A program made the translations under genes and the position numbers. A stretch of 64,000 nucleotides of DNA, from positions 37,716 through 101,715 of the forward strand of contig DATIIU010000002.1 in NCBI GenBank assembly GCA_035479335.1. The letters are read 5' to 3'. This document shows positions 17,290-25,265 of the stretch, piece by piece. The stretch's first letter is position 1. Each line of letters begins with the position of its first letter. The DNA is from Candidatus Saccharimonadia bacterium (GTDB taxonomy: Bacteria > Patescibacteriota > Saccharimonadia > Saccharimonadales > UBA4665). The notes under the pieces were generated by a model. The model made no database searches. It worked only from the letters and a program-made list of their open reading frames with translations, and was not told the DNA's origin.

Positions 17290-20200
17290 ATGCCAGCGGC
17301 TCGCCTACCTGTTCCGGGTTCTGATGACAATGTATGGGGCGATTTACTCAACCAGTTCCTGCAGACCGAACACAACACTGATGGTACGCTCAAGATACGT
17401 ACTGATGGTACCTTCTACACTAAACCAAGTAGTGGGGTGCCTGCGACTGACCTTTCTGCCGCTGTCCAGGGCTCACTTAATAATGCCAATGCCGCTGCCC
17501 AAATAAGTGGTGATTTAGGTGGTACGAGTGCGACACCTCGCGTTGCTAAGTTGCAGAACGTAACGCTGAACGCAAGTACGCCAACCAATGGCCAGGTGTT
17601 AAACTTTAATGCTAGCGCTAATGCTTGGGTGCCCGGTACGGTCAGCTCGATGACTGTTAGCGATGCGACAACTACCACTAAGGGTATTGTTCAGCTTGCC
17701 GGAGATCTTGCGGGAGGTGGTGCTGGTGGGTCTTCGCTTGCTTCTAGTCCAGTCGTAGCCGCAGGTGTGATAACTGGCGGAGCTGGCGGCAAGATTGCAG
17801 CCGGAACGATTACTGATGCTAACATCGCAAGCTCAGCAGCTATTGCTAAGAGCAAGCTTGCTAATCTCGGTATTGTTGACAGTGATGTTGCGGCTATCTC
17901 TGAAAGTAAGATTACTAATCTGTCTACCGATCTGGCGGCGACCGAGAAGACTGCCAACAAAGGCGTGGCTAATGGCTATGCAGGTTTGGATGGTAGTAGT
18001 CTATTGCCAACCGCTAACCTTCCTGTTGTTCCTATCACAAAAATTCCAACGGGAACAACTGGTTCTACGGTTGTCATTGGGAATGACACTAGAGTAGTAG
18101 GGGCTGTGCAATCCTCAGTTGCAACAACCAAAGGAGATCTACTTGCTGCTACTGCGGCTAGTACTGTTGCAAGGCAAGGCATCGGGGCAGATGGACAAGT
18201 TTTAACCGCGGATTCTTCTCAGGGGACGGGGATGAAGTGGGGGAATCTGCCGAGTAACTTGCCACCAAGCGGTGCCGCAAGTGGTGATCTCACAGGAACA
18301 TACCCCGGCCCGGTGCTTGCAGCATCGGGTGTAGCCGCCAGTAGCTATGGGGATGCATCCCATGTCTCTCAAGTGACCTTTGATGTCAAAGGGCGCGCAA
18401 CAAGTGCAAGCAGTACTGCGATCCAGATTGCTGAATCACAAGTTACTAATCTTTCTACTGATCTTGCTAGCAAAGCACAGGCACTGACAACGGTAGCGGT
18501 TCAAACAGCTAGCCCATATAATGCATCGGTCGGACAGTTTATTCCATTAGACACAACCAATGGCAATATAACTGTTAACCTACCAAGTACACCTGCCGAC
18601 AAGTCGGTAGTAAGTATTAAGCTTATCGCGCAAGCATCCTCGAATACGGCAACGATTACTGCAGGCGGTTCTGATGTGTTCAATAAGGCCGGTGGTTCTA
18701 CGAGTCTGTCGCTTGGCTTAGTAAACCAAGCAGTAACTGCACAATACGCAAGTGCGTCGGGAATTTGGTATGTGCATGGTGATGATTTGCCGCTCTCAGA
18801 TCTTGATAGCCGGTATGTGCGACAGAATACCTTAGTGTATAACGTCAAAGACTACGGTGCGGTTGGTAATGGCACTACAGATGACACAACTGCGATTCAG
18901 AGTGCTCTAAACGCGGCACCAATTGGCGGAGTTGTGTACGTACCTACGGGAACATATGCCATCTCAGCGCCACTGGTCATCCCACCAATGATCACGCTAC
19001 AGGGTACTCACGGTAACCGTATCCAATATGCTACGGCAGTACAGAATACGACACTCATTAAGCCGCTCGCGAGTTTTTCGGGTATTGCTGCCCTGAGGCT
19101 ACTCGACAAGGAAGAAGGTGGCTATAGTGCTGACAATGGTGGCCAGCGTATTAACGATATTTCACTTGATGGTTCTGCGCTTGCAGGCGGCTCAAACATT
19201 AGTGGTCTGCGGGCAACAGGTATTGTCCGTGATGTAATGTTGCAGAGAGTGTGTATACAAAATTTTCCGAAAAATGGATTCTCGACCGCGTCGTATACTC
19301 GACTGGATTCATCTTCGGGTAATCCGTATTCATGGTATTGGTTTAGCTGTATTGCCAACGCCAATGCTAACATTGGATACTCCATTGCTGCCCTCACGGA
19401 CACAGCAGTTATTAACTGCGAAGCAATCGGCAACTTAGTATATGGTTTCTTTGTCTCAAGTATGGCTAACTGCGAAGTCACTAACTGTCGTGCCGAATGG
19501 AACGGCAACTATGGTTTCTATGTCACAGGTGGTACCGGGAATGGTGGTTGTACCTTTAACGGTATTAGCACTGACCGTAATGAAAAATCGGGTGTTTATA
19601 TTGATGCCACCGGTACAGCTCCGCTGCTCTTCAATGGTGTGCAGAATCGTCGCGATGGACGAAATGCTTCGCTCGGGGGCGGATCCTATGCAGGTTTTGA
19701 AGCTAACGGGGCGACTTGTCCAATTATTATTAATGGCATTACTTGCTACCCAGGTGTTAACGATGATGGGTCAGGAGTTAGCTCGCCTCAGTACGGTGCG
19801 AAGTTTACCAGCTGTACATTTGCACAGATTGATAACGCCTATCTACATGCGGCCACACAGGGCTTACGTAACAGCGGCAACAACACACAGCTTATCTTGG
19901 GTTCAACGATGACCTATGCAACAGGAGCTGCGAGTACACCAACACGGACATTTGGCGGCTATCAACTACTCAGGAAGTCAGCTGATACTGCTCGGACCTC
20001 AACGGCTAGCCCTACAGATGATCCTCACTTGACAACAACAGTTGAACCGAACGCTACGTATGAGGTTGAGATCTTCGCTCGTTACGATGGTGCAACCACC
20101 GGTGATTGGCAATTTGCTTTCGACGTTCCGGCAAGTGCAACCTTCCACTGGCAGGGCACGGGCCTTCAGTCTACCGCAACTGGCACGGTCGCCAGTGTCA

Positions 20201-20403
20201 AGATGAGCGCTGCTTCTGAAACAGGTGGTGATACATACGGTGCAGCGGGCGTTGGTACTAAGACTGGCGCAAATATTGCAGGGATTCTCATAACTAGTGC
20301 AACTGGTGGTACATTTGCGCTGAAATGGGCACAAGGTACCTCCGACCCAAGTGCAACTACGCTCTTTACGGATTCATATATGCGTCTCAGGCAAGTAGGT
20401 TAA
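17290..20403 (+). CDS. large tail-fibre/tailspike-like protein with right-handed beta-helix (pectate-lyase-superfamily) domain
   Basis: 1037 aa. The N-terminal third has phage tail-fibre-type motifs (GYAGLDGSSLLPTANLP; duplicated ES(K/Q)(I/V)TNLSTDLA). The motif YNVKDYGAVGNGTTDDTTAIQSALNAAP...VYVPTGTY starts at about nt 18838 and is typical of the Pectate_lyase_3/tailspike fold. Confidence 0.8.
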   Translation: MPAARLPVPGSDDNVWGDLLNQFLQTEHNTDGTLKIRTDGTFYTKPSSGVPATDLSAAVQGSLNNANAAAQISGDLGGTSATPRVAKLQNVTLNASTPTNGQVLNFNASANAWVPGTVSSMTVSDATTTTKGIVQLAGDLAGGGAGGSSLASSPVVAAGVITGGAGGKIAAGTITDANIASSAAIAKSKLANLGIVDSDVAAISESKITNLSTDLAATEKTANKGVANGYAGLDGSSLLPTANLPVVPITKIPTGTTGSTVVIGNDTRVVGAVQSSVATTKGDLLAATAASTVARQGIGADGQVLTADSSQGTGMKWGNLPSNLPPSGAASGDLTGTYPGPVLAASGVAASSYGDASHVSQVTFDVKGRATSASSTAIQIAESQVTNLSTDLASKAQALTTVAVQTASPYNASVGQFIPLDTTNGNITVNLPSTPADKSVVSIKLIAQASSNTATITAGGSDVFNKAGGSTSLSLGLVNQAVTAQYASASGIWYVHGDDLPLSDLDSRYVRQNTLVYNVKDYGAVGNGTTDDTTAIQSALNAAPIGGVVYVPTGTYAISAPLVIPPMITLQGTHGNRIQYATAVQNTTLIKPLASFSGIAALRLLDKEEGGYSADNGGQRINDISLDGSALAGGSNISGLRATGIVRDVMLQRVCIQNFPKNGFSTASYTRLDSSSGNPYSWYWFSCIANANANIGYSIAALTDTAVINCEAIGNLVYGFFVSSMANCEVTNCRAEWNGNYGFYVTGGTGNGGCTFNGISTDRNEKSGVYIDATGTAPLLFNGVQNRRDGRNASLGGGSYAGFEANGATCPIIINGITCYPGVNDDGSGVSSPQYGAKFTSCTFAQIDNAYLHAATQGLRNSGNNTQLILGSTMTYATGAASTPTRTFGGYQLLRKSADTARTSTASPTDDPHLTTTVEPNATYEVEIFARYDGATTGDWQFAFDVPASATFHWQGTGLQSTATGTVASVKMSAASETGGDTYGAAGVGTKTGANIAGILITSATGGTFALKWAQGTSDPSATTLFTDSYMRLRQVG

Positions 20404-20553
20404 TACCACTGACAACTAGAAAGTAGCGCACAGTACATCTGTTGTCGGGCTTTACTGGCTATTGTATAGTTATTGTTTTAATGGTACGGTAGCAACGTTA
20501 TTCACCTATACAGTGATAACAGGTCATTTGCAGTCGAGACAGGAAGGGATCCC

Positions 20554-22260
20554 GTGTCACCCCGCTTCAGGTACTTCCGCGATCCACCGGCGCAAGGTAA
20601 GAGATTGCCCACGCCGCCGACCAACTACGAGAGAAAGGTGTATGTACAACGGCGTCTATGGTGGCTGACGCCTCTGTCGATGGTGTCCTTTACGGGTATC
20701 ACCATCTCGCAGGTTCTGTTCGGGCTGCGTCATCCGGCGCTGTTCGTCTTCTTGCCCCTGACCGCCTTCACGGTCTTCTACTACATCATCAGCCTGATGG
20801 TGACAGTCGGGTCGAAGGACTTCGACTACGATCGTCATGTCGAGCTGGTGAGCGACTGGTGGGAGCGGGTGAAACTTGGTCATGGGATGACGGCGCCCAG
20901 CGTCGACATCCTTTTGCCGATCTGCGGCGAGCCGATCCAAGTGATCCTCAACACCTGGCGCTACGTCAAGGAGCTCACCTATCCCGGTGTCGTGAAGGTC
21001 TATGTCCTCAACGACGGCCCCGATGGCCAGGACGAGGCGTTCCTCAAGCAGGAGGCGGCAGATCTGGGCTTCGTCTACCTCCGTCGCCCGGCTCGGACCG
21101 AAGCGAACACCCTGAACTTCAGGGGTGCCGAGAAGAAGGCGGGCAACCTGCACCACGGTCTGACTTACAGCGATGAACACGACCCTGGTGAGCTCGTCGT
21201 CATCTTTGACGCGGACTTCGTGCCAGCGAACATGATGCTGATGCACATGGTGCCCTACTTCTGGCGCTACAAGGGCCGGGGACACGACAAGGGCCTGGGT
21301 CTCTTGCAAACACCGCAGTACTTCCGCACCTGGAGCTCGCACATGGGCTGGCTGGAGCGCGGTGCGGGTGCTGTGCAAGAGTGGTTCTACCGCATCTCGC
21401 AGACCAGTCGCGAGCGGTGGGACGCCTCGATCTGCGTGGGCACTTGTGCCATGTACAGTCGGAAGGCCTTGAAGGAAAACGGCTGGACGACACTGATCGA
21501 GCACTCCGAGGACGTGCACACCGGGTACGACCTGCGTCGACTCGAGTGGCAGCTGATGTACATCCCCGTCGCTCTGTCGACTGGGATCTGCCCGTCGGTG
21601 CGCTCCTCCTTCCTCGCACAGCAGTACCGTTGGTGCATGGGCTCAATGAGCCTGCTCACCAGCCGCAAGTTCTGGAGCCTCAAGATGCCAATCCGCGCTC
21701 GCGCGGGGTACCTGTCGGGCTTCAGCTACTACATCCACACCGCCATGTTGACGTTTGTGGCTCCGGCTATCCCGCTGGTGCTGCTCGTGTTCTACCCGGA
21801 GATGGTGTACGCCAAGAACTATCGGCTCATCACGCCGAGCTTGGTGTACACGCTCGTGGCGGTACCGCTCTGGCACCGTAGCAAGTTCGGCTTGTCTGCG
21901 TTCGCCGTAAAGATGGTGTACGGCTGGGCGCACGTGTTCGCACTGCTCGACAAGGTTCGCGGCCGCCAGAAGGGCTGGCAAGCGACCGGCAACGCTGGTT
22001 CTACCCGAGGGATGCTGGACAAGCATTTCCTCGTAGGTACGATCGGCTGGGGCTGTACAACGGCCCTGGCTTGGATCGGGCTCGCAGTGTGGCGTGCTAC
22101 TATCGCCCCTGGAGTCGGCTGGGTGAACTTCATGCCTATGCTGGCATCGGGCTTGGTCTACGCGGCGGTCGTCGGTAAGACGCTCACCAAGACTGAGAGG
22201 TCCGAAGATCCAGAGTCGGACGACCAACTGGTCATGGAGTTGAGTGACAGTGACCGCTAG
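20554..22260 (+). CDS. high-GC processive family-2 glycosyltransferase (cellulose-synthase-like BcsA/CesA type) (island B)
   Basis: 568 aa. GTG preceded by AGGAAGGG. Motifs VLNDG, VIFDADF (DxD), QTPQYF, HSEDVHTG (TED), QQYRWCMG (QxxRW). TM helices on both sides of the catalytic domain. Hand count for 21001-21060 is 39/60 GC. Confidence 0.88.
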   Translation: MSPRFRYFRDPPAQGKRLPTPPTNYERKVYVQRRLWWLTPLSMVSFTGITISQVLFGLRHPALFVFLPLTAFTVFYYIISLMVTVGSKDFDYDRHVELVSDWWERVKLGHGMTAPSVDILLPICGEPIQVILNTWRYVKELTYPGVVKVYVLNDGPDGQDEAFLKQEAADLGFVYLRRPARTEANTLNFRGAEKKAGNLHHGLTYSDEHDPGELVVIFDADFVPANMMLMHMVPYFWRYKGRGHDKGLGLLQTPQYFRTWSSHMGWLERGAGAVQEWFYRISQTSRERWDASICVGTCAMYSRKALKENGWTTLIEHSEDVHTGYDLRRLEWQLMYIPVALSTGICPSVRSSFLAQQYRWCMGSMSLLTSRKFWSLKMPIRARAGYLSGFSYYIHTAMLTFVAPAIPLVLLVFYPEMVYAKNYRLITPSLVYTLVAVPLWHRSKFGLSAFAVKMVYGWAHVFALLDKVRGRQKGWQATGNAGSTRGMLDKHFLVGTIGWGCTTALAWIGLAVWRATIAPGVGWVNFMPMLASGLVYAAVVGKTLTKTERSEDPESDDQLVMELSDSDR

Positions 22261-22287
22261 TTCCTGTCGCTAGTCGACAACGGAACT

Positions 22288-22323
22288 GAGGCGGGGGCGC
22301 AAACACCCACGCGCCCCTGCCTC
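22288..22323 (+). terminator. GC-rich hairpin 3' of the GT2 gene
   Basis: GAGGCGGGGGCGC-aaacacccac-GCGCCCCTGCCTC (13-bp stem, one G-T pair), no T-tail. Confidence 0.5.
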
Positions 22324-22420
22324 ACCCTAAGCGTTTATACGAGCTACGTGCTCATTCAAATGCTTAGGTTTTGCTTCCATGAATGTGTATTCATGCTGAT
22401 GAGTTCAAAAGAACGAAAAG

Positions 22421-22465
22421 CATCTCTAGGGTGTTCGATTGCCCACAACTCTATATGCTACTAAG
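22421..22465. repeat. degenerate copy of the 23051-23120 promoter/leader repeat
   Basis: CATCTCTAGGGTGTTCGATTGCCCACAACTCTATATGCTACTAAG aligns with CATCCTAGGGTGTGTTCGGGTCTCCGAAGAGATCTATATAGTATTAAA. Confidence 0.5.
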
Positions 22466-22473
22466 TTGTTGCC

Positions 22474-22515
22474 TCAACTAAATACTGCAGGATCGTTCCT
22501 GGAGTACTTAGTTGA
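22474..22515. terminator. 18-bp-stem hairpin beginning GCCTCAACTAAA (family-1 slot terminator)
   Basis: TCAACTAAATACTGCAGG-atcgtt-CCTGGAGTACTTAGTTGA, 16 of 18 positions paired. Its first 12 nt with the preceding GC are identical to the hairpin at 34559. Confidence 0.55.
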
Positions 22516-22543
22516 AGACAGATTGGATAGCAGTGACGCGCAT

Positions 22544-22603
22544 GGCGGTGGGTAGTGTCCGAAGACAACTGTAGACTGGGCTAATCCCAGGTTACCCACC
22601 GCC
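22544..22603 (-). terminator. GC-rich nested inverted repeat 3' of the cassette C ORF
   Basis: Outer perfect 11-bp stem GGCGGTGGGTA (22544-22554) / TACCCACCGCC (22593-22603). Inner hairpin CTGGG-ctaat-CCCAG. Confidence 0.45.
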
Positions 22604-22640
22604 CGCGCGACTACTGGTATCACGCTGCCCTCAGCTCGTA

Positions 22641-23045
22641 CTAGACGCTTGCTGACACGCCGTTCATCAGTTGCCGGAGGTTGTGCATGAGCGCGGCCAG
22701 GTCGACAGTGATGTCGCACGAGCTCTCTCCGGGCTGACGGAAGCGAGTCACCTCGATGTACATCTTGGCATCAGCGAGGGCATCCCCCGTGAAGCAGTCG
22801 ATGAGTGCGTCGATGGAGATCGGGGCATCGGTCTGGTCCGATGCCGTGATTGTGTACTGCCGGCTGCCTGGGGCCTGGTTCTCGCCAGTAGTGGTTGCTG
22901 AGGGGTGCTTCCCTTCCGTGAGTGTTGGGAGCATGCCCCAGACCGTGAGCGTCACCTCGTAGCCGGTGTCAGCCCATGAAGCCTGGAGATGCGCCTTACC
23001 CGTAGCCCGGCTGGACCTGCTGCGGTGTTGTTGAGAACGGAGCAT
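22641..23045 (-). CDS. high-GC hypothetical protein (cassette C cargo)
   Basis: 134-aa ORF with GC3-rich codons. The ATG is 7 nt downstream of the right inverted-repeat arm. No motif recognised. Confidence 0.5.
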   Translation of the reverse strand: MLRSQQHRSRSSRATGKAHLQASWADTGYEVTLTVWGMLPTLTEGKHPSATTTGENQAPGSRQYTITASDQTDAPISIDALIDCFTGDALADAKMYIEVTRFRQPGESSCDITVDLAALMHNLRQLMNGVSASV

Positions 23046-23050
23046 CGTGG

Positions 23051-23120
23051 TTCCAATCTGTTGTTAACACATCCTAGGGTGTGTTCGGGTCTCCGAAGAG
23101 ATCTATATAGTATTAAAACA
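23051..23120. repeat. promoter/leader repeat, full copy (upstream of cassette C cargo)
   Basis: The 40-nt core GTGTTCGGGTCTCCGAAGAGATCTATATAGTATTAAAACA (23081-23120) is 37/40 identical to 25094-25133. On the minus strand it reads TTAAGA-18-TATATA followed by a hairpin leader. Confidence 0.8.
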
Positions 23121-23201
23121 CTTTTTGTCTTAAATGACCACTGGCATGAGCCAGCATAATTTATTTACACAATAAAATAAAAGTGATACTTTAAAGTTAT
23201 C

Positions 23202-24503
23202 ATGGTGACCGAAGCGGCGCTCACACCTCAAAATATCCCTGAGTATGTCCGCGGTCAAATTCCACTCGTAGCTGAACTTGCTCGTCACTCATCCAACGGT
23301 GAAGCACTTGGAGTTTTGGCGTGTACAATTATTGCGATTGATGGAAATGTTGCTTCGGGTCGTGCCTTTGCAGAAGAGCAGATTGCATTAGGGCATACTG
23401 TTGCCAAACCTTTATGGCCAGTCGATGCAGAAGGCGTTGTAGCTGAAGGACGGGCAGAGATTATTAGTCGTGAGGATTTTCCAGCTTATGAACAGGCCGA
23501 TATTTGGAAGTGGCTTGGTTGGAAAGGTGATGAGGAAGCACGAGATAAAGCCTGGGAGCTACTTGATGATGCTGTTCTAGCCGTTAGGCGAAGCTATTCA
23601 GAGAAAGGTCTTTTTGATCAGATCACACAGGATGAAGCCGCACAGACTGCCGCAGTTGCATATTCGCTTGTTCGCGGGTATGACAACCGGCCAGAAAGCC
23701 TCCAGAGAGCTCGTGATATAGCTGCGCTTGCTGCAGAAGCTGGAAGTCCGCAGCATTTGGCGCTTTTATACGACCAAGGTGATGACGAAAGCTTTAACAG
23801 AGAGATTGAAATCTTTGATACCCAAATCCAGCAAGCTACTTCTGAAGCAGGAGAAGAGAAAATCCGCTTTGAACACAGCTACACACTATACGATTTAGCG
23901 CTTAAGGCTGTCGCCCGTGATAATTTTGATCAAGCTACACAAGCCATGGATCGCCTTACGGATGATAGCTTGAAGGTGAGCATTCACGCTGCGCTATTTG
24001 GCAAAGATCCAACTGGGCCACTGCCACCATTCATTGAGAATTTCTTAAGCCGTACAGATCTAAGAGGGGGATGGACACCGTCAGTAACGCGTGCACTAGC
24101 AATAGCCCAATATTCACCGGCAATTGAGCGCTTGAGAGTATCGACGGAAGGTAGGCGAGAAATGCAGCTGCATGCATTATTAGATGCCGGTGTTGAAGGT
24201 GCGCGCGAGCAATTGCTGGCATGTGTTGCTGATCCAGAAAAAGGGGCGGTCGGCCTATGTAGTGAGCTTGACGATCTTACGAAGCACGGCCTTAAGGAAG
24301 AGGCGCTGCAAATTGCTAAAGAGCGATACGCAGAGAAAGACGAAGCGAGCATTGCGTATTGGATTTGGATGCACGAGGCTACGCCCGACATTACTCTGTG
24401 GCCCCGTGCTTATGCGGGTGCGCACGAGCATCGAGGGATTAGGGCGGCATATGCACTGCATAAACTTGCGCGACTAGCAACTCAGGCAACAGCTGAAGCG
24501 TAG
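23202..24503 (+). CDS. hypothetical protein (helical, no recognised motif)
   Basis: 433-aa ORF with backbone composition. Confidence 0.6.
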   Translation: MVTEAALTPQNIPEYVRGQIPLVAELARHSSNGEALGVLACTIIAIDGNVASGRAFAEEQIALGHTVAKPLWPVDAEGVVAEGRAEIISREDFPAYEQADIWKWLGWKGDEEARDKAWELLDDAVLAVRRSYSEKGLFDQITQDEAAQTAAVAYSLVRGYDNRPESLQRARDIAALAAEAGSPQHLALLYDQGDDESFNREIEIFDTQIQQATSEAGEEKIRFEHSYTLYDLALKAVARDNFDQATQAMDRLTDDSLKVSIHAALFGKDPTGPLPPFIENFLSRTDLRGGWTPSVTRALAIAQYSPAIERLRVSTEGRREMQLHALLDAGVEGAREQLLACVADPEKGAVGLCSELDDLTKHGLKEEALQIAKERYAEKDEASIAYWIWMHEATPDITLWPRAYAGAHEHRGIRAAYALHKLARLATQATAEA

Positions 24504-24591
24504 AGGATTCTAGGACATACCATTAAACAATGATGGGTACGTGTAGTTACCTTATTTCTGGTATTCTGGAGTAAAGGGAGACTACGAACGA

Positions 24592-25050
24592 ATGATTAAA
24601 GTTGCAGTGCTGTGGATTTTAAATGAGCAAAATGAGACCTTGTTAGCTCAGCGAGCACTTAATAAATCGCAGGACCCAGGTGTATGGGGACCAGCCGTCA
24701 CTGGTAAGCTAGAATTGGGCGAGAGTTTTGATGAGGCGCTAGTACGTGAGGTAGAGGAAGAGCTTTCTTTGAAGCCTACGGACTATACACCCCGATTTTT
24801 GTTTGAAAGAGATTATAACCACCCAGATGGTGAGGTTCGTAAGTTTGGGACTTATGTAGCTAGGATACCCAAGGCCAAAACAGTTGATATCCAGATAGAC
24901 CCAAATGAAGTGGCGGGGATACAATGGTTTGGCGTTGACGAGCTTTTAGAAAAGATGGCATCAGTGCCAAATGAACTGGTGCCGTCGGCGAATTCGGTGT
25001 GGCCTGAGACCTTTAAGGCTATCTGGCCGAATATGATGGGTGGAGGCTGA
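24592..25050 (+). CDS. Nudix hydrolase
   Basis: Nudix box GKLELGESFDEALVREVEEELSL. Confidence 0.85.
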   Translation: MIKVAVLWILNEQNETLLAQRALNKSQDPGVWGPAVTGKLELGESFDEALVREVEEELSLKPTDYTPRFLFERDYNHPDGEVRKFGTYVARIPKAKTVDIQIDPNEVAGIQWFGVDELLEKMASVPNELVPSANSVWPETFKAIWPNMMGGG

Positions 25051-25081
25051 CCTATCTTATTTATGGATGCTAGCTAGTCTA

Positions 25082-25133
25082 TTCCAATACTTTGTGTTCG
25101 GGTCTCCAAGGAGATCTATATAGTCTTAAAACA
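25082..25133. repeat. solo copy of the promoter/leader repeat with no cargo ORF
   Basis: TTCCAATACTTTGTGTTCGGGTCTCCAAGGAGATCTATATAGTCTTAAAACA. It lacks the CTGT of the inverted-repeat arm and a 17-nt segment present in the 23051 copy. Confidence 0.8.
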
Positions 25134-25265
25134 TATTCTATTAAAGATTGGAAGATTGATCAATCTAACGAGATGCATAAGCTTCGGTATGACCCTCCTC
25201 TTTGCTCTCTTCGGTGCAGAAGCGCTTGCAAGAAGTAAACATAAGCGAGTACACTTAAGGGGAAA

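Larger units (their letters stand above)
22518..23061. repeat. 10-bp perfect inverted repeat ACAGATTGGA (22518-22527) / TCCAATCTGT (23052-23061) bracketing cassette C
   Basis: Read directly from the sequence. The arms coincide with the GC-content step on both sides. Confidence 0.85.

Noticed and set aside
20538-22268. 8-bp inverted repeat GACAGGAA/TTCCTGTC around the GT2 gene as a true terminal repeat.
   Set aside because: It is too short to exclude chance. Unlike in cassettes C and D, the GC-rich hairpin lies outside it. It is reported in the island B finding only as a weak observation.
22474-22719. 81-aa minus-strand ORF overlapping the end of the cassette C ORF; possible frameshifted C-terminus.
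   Set aside because: It runs through the nested inverted repeat, the inverted-repeat arm and the AT-rich hairpin, so it crosses the compositional boundary. It has no RBS. Read-through of structural DNA is more likely than a real extension.
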